From a virus (lineage: Duplodnaviria > Caudoviricetes), in IMG/VR virus record IMGVR_UViG_3300037067_026422: a DNA stretch of 64,000 nucleotides, one strand, 5' to 3'. Positions 42,325 to 52,644 of this stretch are shown piece after piece. Every line of letters starts with the position of its first letter. The first letter of the stretch is position 1. The notes beneath the pieces are model-generated. The model saw nothing but the letters and a program-made list of their open reading frames with translations, had not been told where the DNA came from and did no database searches. The position numbers were made by a program, and so were the translations under genes.

Positions 42325-43627
42325 TATACTAAACAAAAAAATAAGCTCTGCAGATAATAAGAAAGTTAAAAGGGCACCCTCTTCCAAACCCTCAAAGAGG
42401 GTCTTTAAACAAGCCCTGGCTCTTCCTGGAATGGAGAGCCACATCAAGCGACTTAAAGCCTTCTGGAAGTCTCCTATGCCTTCTGATGAGGTTTTGGAGC
42501 GGTGGCTTATTGGGGAAATAGCAAAACAGTTCTATCGAAAGCGATTACTCAAGATGTCTCTTACTGATCTGATTGATCTTTTAAATGATATCAAGGATAA
42601 GTCATGAAAGTAAAACTTATTCTTACAGGGATATTTATAGTACTTGTGGGGTTGTCTGCTTTGATATGGTACACTGTATATCATCTAAGTCAAATACATT
42701 AAAAGGAGAGCAATATCGTGAAAGGTATACCAGATAACTGTGATATGTGTAAGTTACAGGAAGCTAAGTGTGCTTTGGGTACTATTCATGGATCACCAAC
42801 TTGTTGGGACAGTATCCACAAAGCATGGTTTGGAGTTATCATAGAAGAGCTTAAACGTCAGGGTGTGGATGCCCATATCATCGACACACATATGTCTCCT
42901 CTGCTTGCAATCAGTCGGGATTCGATGTGCAGCGCCTTCCCCAATCTCAAAGAGATATCGGAAGAGGAACCTTATACGCACACCCTTAAATTGATTGAAG
43001 AGTTTTCAGATAAACAGGTAGTCTGGGTCGGTAAGGATGGTCTATATTCGGGTGATGATTATCTATACCTGGATTTCGTATCTGAGAAAGACAACATAGA
43101 TGCTTGTTTCAAACAGGAAAGAGATGCAGATCAAATCATTAGTCTTACCAGAGATAAGGAAAATATTTGTCCTGATACAGAAAAAAGTACCGCTATGAAG
43201 GATCTTATTACAGGGATTCTAGAGGAATGTCTATCGGTTAGTGATGAATGGGGTGGTTCTAAACTGGCAGAGTGGAAATATGGATACAATGTCCTGGTAG
43301 ATGGTATCGAGGATGCTGTACAAAAGATCATCGAAGAAGTTTTCGCTCCTGTGCATAAGTCAGACACAATATCAAATGTCTGCCAATCTCTTTTGAAAGC
43401 TGTGCAAGATATAAACGATACCATCACGGAGATTAAAAAGGATACTGAAATGTTTAAGGCAGTTTCTGGAAATAGCAATTTAAGCAGATGGAATTTTAAA
43501 AATGTGAAAGGCAACGAGAATGAAACAAAGGATACCCCTGCCTAAACAGGTAGAGAAAGTACATAAGGATGCTTCAATGTATGATCGGAAGAGGGACAAA
43601 AAAATACCTTTAGAGGAAGGTACAGAT

Positions 43628-43849
43628 ATGAGTAATATGGACAAGCTAAATAAGCTGGCAGAGATTGAAGGGAAGTCAAAGGAGCAGTTACTTGAGGATG
43701 CAGTAATGGATTCGGCATGTATGGGTATCTGTACAGAACCTGGATGTAATTACACGAGAGAAGTAGAGCCTGATCAGGATAAAGGTTACTGTGAAGCATG
43801 TGGCAAGAACACCGTAGCATCCAGTTTGGTACTTGCTGGTATCATATAA
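43628..43849 (+). CDS. Small zinc-binding phage protein
   Basis: GIC...C...EVEPDQ..GYCE.CG...V.S.L.LAGII. Confidence 0.7.
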   Translation: MSNMDKLNKLAEIEGKSKEQLLEDAVMDSACMGICTEPGCNYTREVEPDQDKGYCEACGKNTVASSLVLAGII

Positions 43850-44188
43850 CATTTGAAAGGGAGATATAAGATATGCATTTCATAAGAACATTTAAAGGGG
43901 GCGGTGCCGACTATGATTTTCGTCAGAAAACCTGGGCAGTCTTTCATTGTGATGTGTGTGGTGAGGATGAAGAAGTAGATATCACAGGGAGACAAGGTAC
44001 TTTTCTATTTAATGTACCAAGACGATGTCCTCACTGCAAAAGTATTGGGAAAGATGACTACATCATCTCTCTCAAAAAAGAAATTGAAACACTGACTTCT
44101 ACTAAGAACAATATTAAAATCACCATTGAGCAGCTTACAAACAAACTGGCTGCACTTACGAATGAAACATCAATAGGAGGCAAATAAA

Positions 44189-44644
44189 ATGTCACGTACT
44201 CCCATACATACCCCAGAACAGCTTCAGGGTCTCATCAGCATCTATGGTAGCGCCTATGCCGCAGCCAAAGCTCTACGAATCACACCCCAGGCGTTCTATG
44301 ATCAGATGCACAGCAAAGGTATGAAACCAAAAGGATATGCATTGCTTGAGGGTGAGCCCAAGGGCAAGATGAAAAAAAGAATCTGGTTGCAGGACCTGAT
44401 CATCAAGCATCACAATAATTTATCTGCAGTAGCCAAAGAGCTCGGTATTAGCAGGACTGCAGTAGTAAGTCGTATGGGCAGTTATAGAATCAAAAGCAAA
44501 TACCCTACCAAACTTGAACGACAGTGTGAGTTTACGAAAGTCTTCATGAATAAAAAAGGTAAAGTGAAAGACATAGCCAGGGTGTTAAAGGTTACTCCTG
44601 CTGCGGTATATGAGAGAGTTCATAGATATATGTTGGTTACATAG
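44189..44644 (+). CDS. Multi-HTH (Fis-like) DNA-binding protein
   Basis: Three HTH-like repeats: AAAKALRITPQA, AVAKELGISRTA, DIARVLKVTPAA. Confidence 0.8.
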   Translation: MSRTPIHTPEQLQGLISIYGSAYAAAKALRITPQAFYDQMHSKGMKPKGYALLEGEPKGKMKKRIWLQDLIIKHHNNLSAVAKELGISRTAVVSRMGSYRIKSKYPTKLERQCEFTKVFMNKKGKVKDIARVLKVTPAAVYERVHRYMLVT

Positions 44645-44713
44645 TGCTCAAGTAGTATCTGCTTATTTTTAAGTATAGATTTAGTATAACTTAAAAAGAG
44701 GTATAATTTTTAT

Positions 44714-44974
44714 ATGAATCAAGCCATTATTAGAACAGGTTATGAAAATAGCAGTAGCAGTAGCAGGAGTGGTAGCAGAAGCAGGAGTGGTAGCTGGAGC
44801 TATAGCAGAAGCAGGAGTGGTAGCAGGAGCTGTAGTAGTAGCAGTAGGGGTAGCTGGAGCAGTAGCAGGAGCAGTAGCTGGAGTGGTAGCAGGAGCAGGA
44901 GGGGTAGTGGTAGCAGGAGTGGTAGTGGTAGCAGGAGGGTTAGCTATAGCGGTAGCCGGAGTGGTGCTAACTGA
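44714..44974 (+). CDS. Leader + (Ser-X)n peptide #3 (86 aa)
   Basis: Leader MNQAIIRTGYEN identical to #2; ~75 bp identical to #2. Confidence 0.75.
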   Translation: MNQAIIRTGYENSSSSSRSGSRSRSGSWSYSRSRSGSRSCSSSSRGSWSSSRSSSWSGSRSRRGSGSRSGSGSRRVSYSGSRSGAN

Positions 44975-45084
44975 AGTGCCAAAGTATCATATGGAACGGT
45001 TAGGTTCTCCTTGAGTAGTTCTTCAGGTGGATTGACATCCTGCAGGAAGAACAATTTTACTCTTCATTTTTTAAGGGGAGTGGT

Positions 45085-45435
45085 ATGGTTACTGAGCAAG
45101 CAGAAAGTATTACTTTCTTTAATACAGTTAGAAGGATAAAAACTATCCCAACGAATACTCCGATATATCTTACTTGCTCCTACCCAAATCAGGATGATGT
45201 GGAAATGTTGGTGATCCCACAGTACTATAGCAATGGGTTCTTCCACTGTACAGTACTTGCTGTAGGGAGCCGGACACCCCCGGTAAAGTATGCCCCTGAA
45301 AAAGGTCAGGTAGATGAACAGCTAATCCGGGTCGAACAGATTATTAAATGGAAACCCTGGCGCAAAGAAGATAACTTCTTGCACTTCGGTAGAGGGTACG
45401 TTTCCGAAAAGTATATAAGCATGTTACTCAATTAG
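45085..45435 (+). CDS. Hypothetical protein, tag subtype B-like
   Basis: Ends IIKWKPWRKEDNFLHFGRGYVSEKY. Confidence 0.65.
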   Translation: MVTEQAESITFFNTVRRIKTIPTNTPIYLTCSYPNQDDVEMLVIPQYYSNGFFHCTVLAVGSRTPPVKYAPEKGQVDEQLIRVEQIIKWKPWRKEDNFLHFGRGYVSEKYISMLLN

Positions 45436-46136
45436 TGATAAAAAATATGATCAAGCTAAAGAAAGAAAGATATCTTGCAGACAATCTTCCCGCTTATGAA
45501 GAAAAGCGTTGGCAGGCCGTTCTCCTATATAAACGGATTATACAGGGGCCTTGGAAGAACTTATTCTCGGAGATGGGTAAATTAAAGGAAGTGTGGGGAT
45601 ACTATGAGGGTAAAAAGGTATACTTCAGCTATGATGGGTATGGCTTAGCTCATTATAGCCCAATAGAGGGTAATGACAGAGCGGACATATTTGTAAAGTG
45701 CCTGGATAAAAAAGAACTTCCCCTGTACATAAATTCACCCTATGAAATAGTACAGACAGCCATTAAAGCGAGGATGGTTGGTGATAAAAGGTATGCCCCT
45801 GTTGTTAGACGCGACGACCTCATTGAGTTACATTACAAATGGGAGAATAGAGCAAGACATGTGCGTAAAGTAATCGAACTTTATGATAATATAATGGGGG
45901 AGCATCTGTTTAGCCTGTACCACCGAATGATTGACAGTATAGCCTTTACCAGAAAGGTACTTACCCTGACTTTAAACAATCGTACATATGTTTACCAGAA
46001 TAGCACTTTCCTGGTCAAGCCAGAACAGGAAAACTTGCAGGTTACTCTTGACGTGCTTAAAAATGATGCAAAGATCCTGGAAGCAAAAACTCTTGTACCT
46101 GATACGATCTTTACCAACTTCAAGCCAAATGGATGA
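45435..46136 (+). CDS. Hypothetical protein with internal tag module
   Basis: LDKKELPLYINSPYEIVQTAIKARM. Confidence 0.75.
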   Translation: MIKNMIKLKKERYLADNLPAYEEKRWQAVLLYKRIIQGPWKNLFSEMGKLKEVWGYYEGKKVYFSYDGYGLAHYSPIEGNDRADIFVKCLDKKELPLYINSPYEIVQTAIKARMVGDKRYAPVVRRDDLIELHYKWENRARHVRKVIELYDNIMGEHLFSLYHRMIDSIAFTRKVLTLTLNNRTYVYQNSTFLVKPEQENLQVTLDVLKNDAKILEAKTLVPDTIFTNFKPNG

Positions 46137-46152
46137 CAAAGGAGATACATCA

Positions 46153-46635
46153 ATGAAACCTTTACTCATGCTTCTATCATCTGTACTTCTCATACAATGC
46201 AGTGATATCCTTGGGGAAGATCCTCAGACATTTATGCAACCTGTCAATATCATTGGTGAGTGGATCAGGGTGACTGAAACCCCTTCTGATGTCCAGGGGT
46301 TATACAGGAAAGATACTACGATCTATCAGATAGGTCTTGATTCCCTACAGAAATTTGTTACCTGGATAGATCCCTCCCTTTACAAACCAGTAACTTTCAA
46401 GATACTCTATCAGCGGGGTGGAACTAAATACGGATATCTGCATGAGCCAGATGAGGAGTATGACTGGGAGCTGGAAGAATCAAACCTCAAGTATAATCTT
46501 GACCTTGGGCTACCAGAACAAACGACACGGTATGAGATTAATTTCTCAGTACCAAAGAACTGCCCACCAGATACTTTGCGGGTTACTCTTGATAGGTCGG
46601 AGATCTTCGGGCTTAAAAAAAGAAAGGGGTTATAG
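46153..46635 (+). CDS. Putative lipoprotein
   Basis: MKPLLMLLSSVLLIQ-C; AAGGAG RBS. Confidence 0.65.
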   Translation: MKPLLMLLSSVLLIQCSDILGEDPQTFMQPVNIIGEWIRVTETPSDVQGLYRKDTTIYQIGLDSLQKFVTWIDPSLYKPVTFKILYQRGGTKYGYLHEPDEEYDWELEESNLKYNLDLGLPEQTTRYEINFSVPKNCPPDTLRVTLDRSEIFGLKKRKGL

Positions 46636-46895
46636 TATGTACAAGAGTGAGTATTTCGAAGAAAAAGAAATAGAAAAGAAAAATACCTACACTTCTGCCG
46701 CACTGACCGTAGGGATAATCCTTACCGTCATAGTAGGTATAGCTCTTGCTGCAAAATGTATAGTAGCTTCAGGTTTATAAAAGCCCCTGTTAACCTTCTT
46801 GATCCTTTCTGAATAAAATTTATCACAAAAATCCTATATGCATATCTCATTATCACCTCAGTTATTAAGTGGACACATGAAAATCTATTTTTCTG

Positions 46896-46924
46896 TTGAT
46901 TAACTTATTCCATAAGGATACAAT
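46896..46924 (+). promoter_or_regulatory. Sigma70-like promoter for the pilin-like operon
   Basis: TTGATT-N17-TACAAT. Confidence 0.6.
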
Positions 46925-46987
46925 ATAGATATCCAAGAGATATCCCTCTCATCCTATCACCTTATTCAAGTAGAAAGAGAGTCGGCT

Positions 46988-47314
46988 ATGAAGATACTGG
47001 AGATTATTATCGCTACAATTGTTTTGGTAGCAACTACTCTGATGATTTGCAAAATGAATCGGGGGGCATCCTTGATGTCTCAGGATGCCCGGGCTAACGA
47101 TGCTGCGTATATAGTCGCGGAAAAGAAATTCACTGAACTATCTATCCAGGTCTTTCCAGTTGCTATCGGGGTGGATACAGCATTTGTTAATGAAGCCCCA
47201 TATATTCGTAACTGGGCTATATCTGACACAGGCCATATCCGTAGAGCAGTTGTTACGGTGACCTGGATGTCACTGGGGGGTAGTAGAAGTACAAATTTTT
47301 CAAGGGGTCTGTAA
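46988..47314 (+). CDS. PilV-like minor pilin without a leader
   Basis: MKILE-IIIATIVLV has Glu at +5; C-terminal R.W.I...VVTVTW typical of minor pilins. Confidence 0.65.
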   Translation: MKILEIIIATIVLVATTLMICKMNRGASLMSQDARANDAAYIVAEKKFTELSIQVFPVAIGVDTAFVNEAPYIRNWAISDTGHIRRAVVTVTWMSLGGSRSTNFSRGL

Positions 47315-48426
47315 TGAGAAATCAGAAGGGTGTAACTTTAGTAGAGCTATTAGTTTATATGGCTCTGTTTGGTATCGTGGCGCTCATCATCCAAAGTCAG
47401 TACTCGAAAATGGCAAGTATTATCCACAGAGAAAAACAAATCACTGGTATCCAAATGGATTCAAGGAGTATCCTGTCTATCCTCCTCAAGGAAATCCAGA
47501 ATACTGGATGTAAAATTTATTTTACAGATGCCTCTGATGGTTTCAATAAAAATATCGATGCACTATCCTTCCAGAATGATTCATCTTCTTTTGTCTGCGA
47601 AGAAGGTAATCCAAGTGATACCCTAAAAATTTATAAGACTATACTTACAAGTACCGGAGGTTACGAAAGATCCGACTCTGTTAAATTTTATCTTACTGGA
47701 GACAGCTTAATTAAGGAACGGGATAATAAAAAAGCTAACATCAGAGGAGGTGTTTATGCCCTTCAGTTTCAGTATGGTGTAACTGCCAGTGATTCAATGA
47801 TCTATGACCTGTATCCTTTACCAAGTCCAGCAAACTGGATGGTATCCAATATGGAGGGTACTGCTCCTACTGTTCAGGCTCAGGGTAATTTGACTCAGGT
47901 AGCTTTTACCGGAGCTGCAACAGGTAGGGTTTATTATCTCAACTCTTTTTCTATTGCTAAGGACCAACAACTTAAAATATCCCTCTGGTTATCCCCCAAT
48001 ACATCCTTTGTAAATAATTTTGATTCTGCATACTGTTCGGTTTATGACGGGGATGTCAGAGTTGGATATGATAAGTTCATCCCAAATGGTTTAAAAACGG
48101 ATGTGATAGTTAGTGTTCCACAAAAAAGTGGGCTTAAAATAGCTATAGATTATTGGGTGAAAGGTTCCGGGGCTATTCTTATAAACGGTGCTGAGATTCG
48201 CAGATTCAATGATGGTGAATATACTTGGCTTGATAATCCCCCGCAAAATAAAAGGAAACTGGTTAAAGCAATCAAAGTCAATATCCTCACCCGAAGCAAA
48301 GCAAATGCCGGAGTTATAGTTGATACCCCTGTAACAGTTGCCAATATTTCTTACCCGAGATCTGGTAAGTTTCTTTGGCGTTCTTTCGAAGAAGTCATCT
48401 TCACACCAAACAATGGAATTTTTTAA
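47314..48426 (+). CDS. PilW-like prepilin (N-terminal cleavage/methylation domain)
   Basis: MRNQKG|VTLVELLVYMALFGIVALII; LQFQYG; C-terminal V.A.KVNILTR. Confidence 0.85.
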   Translation: MRNQKGVTLVELLVYMALFGIVALIIQSQYSKMASIIHREKQITGIQMDSRSILSILLKEIQNTGCKIYFTDASDGFNKNIDALSFQNDSSSFVCEEGNPSDTLKIYKTILTSTGGYERSDSVKFYLTGDSLIKERDNKKANIRGGVYALQFQYGVTASDSMIYDLYPLPSPANWMVSNMEGTAPTVQAQGNLTQVAFTGAATGRVYYLNSFSIAKDQQLKISLWLSPNTSFVNNFDSAYCSVYDGDVRVGYDKFIPNGLKTDVIVSVPQKSGLKIAIDYWVKGSGAILINGAEIRRFNDGEYTWLDNPPQNKRKLVKAIKVNILTRSKANAGVIVDTPVTVANISYPRSGKFLWRSFEEVIFTPNNGIF

Positions 48427-48436
48427 GGAGGTCTTT

Positions 48437-49996
48437 ATGAAAAATGAAAACGGTTCAGCAATTGTTCTCGGACTAATATTCCTGGTACTGATATCCCTAT
48501 CCGGAAGTGTCATGCTGACTTTCACGAGGATGGATAAAACAAATCAATCATCGTATAATCGAATAAGGACAGCACAACAGGCAGCTTTTACTGCCTTCAA
48601 AGCATGTGAAGGATCTTTTGCAAACGATCCTAAAAGTGCTGAGGCTATCTTGGAAGGATACACCAAAGATCATTCAAAGAAATGGTTGCTTTTAACTGCC
48701 GATAAAGCTGATACAGAACATAAGATAGCTCTGGATGGAGAACCCGGATCACCTAAGTATTCAGCTAATATTGTTGGGTTCGGCGTAGGGCATGATATTG
48801 ATGGGAAAGCAGGAGTTACTCCCTTTATAAAAATTGAAGGCATTGGTTATGGTAAAGTAGGGGGGGAGAAGAAAGGTATAGCTTTATACAATCTCAATGG
48901 TCTTATATATTCAGAACCCTCTCCACCAAAATATGCAATCTATATAGCCACTGATGGGTATGACTTTAACCAACCTATTCATCTGATCGGAGACATCTAT
49001 TTCGGTAGTGGGTTTCGGTTCAATTCAAATGCTAATGGTAGTATAATCGATGGCAATATAAAAACTGCCAATAAATCTACCTTAAGTGAATTCAATGGCG
49101 GGGTGACCATAAATGGTAAAGCCTTCTTCCAGACTCCTATAAAAATACAAAACTATACAATAACTATAAAAGGTAATGGTGGATTCAAAAGAAACATCGA
49201 GCTATCAAAAGACATAGTGCTCGGGGGGGACTCCTACTTTAATGGCAACCTGACTGGAAGCTCCAGAGCTGATCTGACAAATCACATAGCTAACTATTAT
49301 TCAGGAAAGGATGATCACTTCATTCATTATACCCCGTCTCCGAAAGGGTCAGCAATAGACATAGCAACAGAACTTGATATGCCTGATGGAGATGACCCCC
49401 CACCTGTATTTAATTTAAATGTACTCTCCCCATACGTCAGAGATGTACCCCATAATCCACCTCTTATCTTTACGGCAAATGAGATTCAGAAGATATATGA
49501 TGCTACTCCATCAAAGAAGAAATGGGAGGGGTATCTTGTCATGAGAATAAGAAGTTGTTCCAATGTGGACTTAAATAATACAAGTGGGGTCTTCAGCGGG
49601 AAAGTAATTTGGATCATTGAAAAACCCCTGGGGGTCAATGGTAACTGGTATGCCAGCGATGCAAACGCTTCCACAATAATTTATGTAAAAGATGGAGGTA
49701 ATTTAAGTCAATTAGGATGGCCTGGACATATGAAAGGATACATCTATGTAACTGGGACAGGGTCCATAACTTATGCATTCAAATCCGGATCAAGTTTTGA
49801 AGGTGCTATCAATCATGTGAATGGATCCGGGTTTCAAGTTAATACCAGTAATACTGTTACCATTCAGTATGGCGAAGCACTCATCAATGATCTATCGGCA
49901 AAAGGCTTGATAACAAAGACAATGTATAACTTAAGCCCTACGCTTAAGCTGGTGGATGCCAAGATAAGACCCGTGCTTATGTCCATGCAGTTGTGA
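48437..49996 (+). CDS. PilX-like minor pilin with large C-terminal beta-rich domain
   Basis: MKNENG|SAIVLGLIFLVLISL (no Glu5); A...A...E motif; IEGIG; Gly/Asn-rich C-terminal domain. Confidence 0.75.
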   Translation: MKNENGSAIVLGLIFLVLISLSGSVMLTFTRMDKTNQSSYNRIRTAQQAAFTAFKACEGSFANDPKSAEAILEGYTKDHSKKWLLLTADKADTEHKIALDGEPGSPKYSANIVGFGVGHDIDGKAGVTPFIKIEGIGYGKVGGEKKGIALYNLNGLIYSEPSPPKYAIYIATDGYDFNQPIHLIGDIYFGSGFRFNSNANGSIIDGNIKTANKSTLSEFNGGVTINGKAFFQTPIKIQNYTITIKGNGGFKRNIELSKDIVLGGDSYFNGNLTGSSRADLTNHIANYYSGKDDHFIHYTPSPKGSAIDIATELDMPDGDDPPPVFNLNVLSPYVRDVPHNPPLIFTANEIQKIYDATPSKKKWEGYLVMRIRSCSNVDLNNTSGVFSGKVIWIIEKPLGVNGNWYASDANASTIIYVKDGGNLSQLGWPGHMKGYIYVTGTGSITYAFKSGSSFEGAINHVNGSGFQVNTSNTVTIQYGEALINDLSAKGLITKTMYNLSPTLKLVDAKIRPVLMSMQL

Positions 49997-50440
49997 AATT
50001 AAAAATTACTCCCGTTCATCACTTCAATAGAGGATATGATATGGTAAAAATAAAGAAACCCAAAACTCTTGATTTGTTTCCTGAGGATAAGAATGTCTCC
50101 TCCGATGAGATTGCTTTGTTCCTTCAAATGGATCCCCAACAAGTAAAAAAAACCCTGCTCTCTTTTAAACAAAAGAAAGAGGATGGTGTTGCTAACCCTC
50201 TGGCATACTATAAAAAGATGTCCCCATCTTTTACCTGGTTCAAGATTCATGCCTTTGATACTGATGTTTATGTACGATCAGTAGGTGATACTTTTGTCTT
50301 GAATGGTATAATCGAGGGTGAAGAAAAAGGTTGCCATGTACTTCTCGTTGAAGAAGAACAATTTTTAGAAGTCATCAGCAGTGCCTTCAATAGTTTATCC
50401 GAGGATACAGCAAAGTTTGTATTGAACAATATCGAATAAG

Positions 50441-50468
50441 AAAAAGGGCTGAGAAATCAGCCCTTTTT
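50441..50468. terminator. Bidirectional terminator
   Basis: AAAAAGGGCTGA-GAAA-TCAGCCCTTTT between convergent ORFs. Confidence 0.8.
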
Positions 50469-50670
50469 ATCTATCACACATAAGACATCCTCCACTGCAC
50501 TTGTGCAAATCATAATCCTCCGAAACACCTTCATCCCTGGAAGTATCTGATAGCATGATCGAATCATAATCAGCTATGGGTATTTCCTTAATCATCATAG
50601 CATCCTTTTTTTCCTTCTTACCATAATCACAACGCATCATAAGAGGTTGAGTAAGCGCTTCTTTTTTCAT
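50467..50670 (-). CDS. Small hypothetical protein (rare minus-strand gene)
   Basis: Converges on the bidirectional terminator; C-terminal CSGGCLMC. Confidence 0.55.
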   Translation of the reverse strand: MKKEALTQPLMMRCDYGKKEKKDAMMIKEIPIADYDSIMLSDTSRDEGVSEDYDLHKCSGGCLMCDR

Positions 50671-50800
50671 CGATACCCCACTACTTAATAAAGTTAAATT
50701 AAGACTCCTTATTTTATACTTGATTATCTCATTACAAAAAAGTATATTTTATAGGGTCACTCATGAATATGCTATTAACGCATTATTAGGAGGAAGCACT

Positions 50801-52024
50801 ATGCTTAAACTTCAATTTGGTAGAAACGTGCTCAGGAAGCTCGTTGATTTTGCTACCGGTACCCATAGCTGGAGTGCCCCTGATGTGTCCATGCTTTCCG
50901 ATCCCTCCAAAGAGGAATCGGATCTGGAAGCCAGCTATGAACCTCCTATCAATCCTGCTGATCTTGAACGAGTGATATCCCGATATGGTATCCTTGGAAA
51001 GTTTAAAGATTATCATATTGGTTCAGCGGTTACTACCTATGAGGTAAGTGTACCAGTTGGTACCAAGCTCAATAGCTTTATGCGATGTCGGGATGATATT
51101 GCAAGAGATCTTGGTACTCCTTCTCTTCGCATCATTCAGTCGGTGAACAACTCTTCATTAGTCGGATTCGAGGTGGAGAACAAAGATCGATACAATGTTT
51201 ATTTCAAAAATATGTTCCTTAATATCCCCACAGGGCTCAAGCTCCCAGTTATCCTTGGAGAAGATACCTACGGAAATAAAACCTATGTTGATCTTACTAC
51301 AATGCCTCATCTGCTTGTAGCTGGTCGTACTGGTTCAGGTAAATCTGTGTTCATCAATACACTAATCACAACACTGATCTGCAAGTATACCCCCGAACAG
51401 CTCCAGCTGATCATGGTGGATCCTAAGCAGGTAGAGTTTGCAGCATATGAAAATCTTCCTCATTTATTCAGTAAAGACGGCAACACTCTTAATATTGCTT
51501 CAGATGTGTCGGAAGCCCGAGAGTTAGTCTCTACTGCAGTAGAGGAAATGGAACGTAGGTTCGATCTTATGAAGGAAGTCAAGGCTAAGAAGCTTGATGA
51601 TTATAATGACAGGGTTGCTGAAAAATTGCCCTATATCGTTTTCATCATTGATGAGTTCGCGGACCTGATGCTTATGGGTTCTTCTGCAGAACGAAAAGAA
51701 GTAGAAAATAATATCGTTCGCATAGCTCAAAAAGCAAGAGCGGTAGGTATCCATCTTGTATTATCTACGCAGAAACCCATGGCACAAATCATGACAACAC
51801 TCATCAAAGCCAATATGCCAGCAAGGATTTCCTTTAGCGTATCAAGTCTGAGTGACTCAAGGGTGATACTTGATGAAGGCGGAGCAGAAGCATTAACCGG
51901 TAATGGAGATTTGCTGTTCAGAGACCCCCTCGCCAAAAGCGAGTACACCCGGATCAAACGAGTCCAGGCACCATGGATCTCGGATGAAGATATCGAAAGT
52001 CTTATAAACCAAGGGAGTAACTAA
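50801..52024 (+). CDS. ftsK: FtsK/SpoIIIE-family DNA translocase (motor domain only)
   Basis: MPHLLVAGRTGSGKS, DPKQVE, EMERR, IIDEFADL, ARAVGIHL.L.TQ.P, GAE.L.G.GD.L; AGGAGG RBS; promoter at 50720-50748. Confidence 0.92.
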   Translation: MLKLQFGRNVLRKLVDFATGTHSWSAPDVSMLSDPSKEESDLEASYEPPINPADLERVISRYGILGKFKDYHIGSAVTTYEVSVPVGTKLNSFMRCRDDIARDLGTPSLRIIQSVNNSSLVGFEVENKDRYNVYFKNMFLNIPTGLKLPVILGEDTYGNKTYVDLTTMPHLLVAGRTGSGKSVFINTLITTLICKYTPEQLQLIMVDPKQVEFAAYENLPHLFSKDGNTLNIASDVSEARELVSTAVEEMERRFDLMKEVKAKKLDDYNDRVAEKLPYIVFIIDEFADLMLMGSSAERKEVENNIVRIAQKARAVGIHLVLSTQKPMAQIMTTLIKANMPARISFSVSSLSDSRVILDEGGAEALTGNGDLLFRDPLAKSEYTRIKRVQAPWISDEDIESLINQGSN

Positions 52025-52644
52025 TGATCAACATCTTTGAGATGTCTATGCTCATGACAGAAGCATTAGACAGACTTATAACACATATGTCCAGTTATAG
52101 AATGTTCTATCCTACGATAATCCTATTCAACAGAGATAAGGCAATATTACCTGATGATGTCAAAGAAAGATATCCTCAGATATCCATTATGGAAGGGGAT
52201 ACCCCAGAAAATGCAGCAGCTCGGTCCAGCGATATCTACAGAACTGTACTAACTATTAAACTCTCGTCCTATGGGGAGGAGAAAAACTTTCCTAAGATAG
52301 TCCGGGAGATCGCACATAAATATGAGCCTGATGGTATAGGTATCGTAATTATGAGCTTGTATCGTGAGATACAAAAAGAGGAAAAACTTAAAACAGAACT
52401 AACTCTTGATCCGGAAGCTATCCAGGTTCTTCATACATCTTTCTCTGTCAAAGAGGACAGAGAGCACTCTTACTACATGACTACTCCGTATGTGATAAAA
52501 GATATTCTTCCTACACCAGTCTCAATTGGTTCTGAGGACTCAAGTTTCTCGGTACTTAAATCAGAAGGGTTTTGGAACAGAGCAGATAGCTCTTCCAAAA
52601 CTCTTATCATCCCCAATCCCTACAGATTATAAGGAGTTCTTTAT

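Noticed and set aside
39282-44974. Diversity-generating retroelement template/variable repeat pair
   Set aside because: No reverse transcriptase in the window, and the differences are not adenine-specific.
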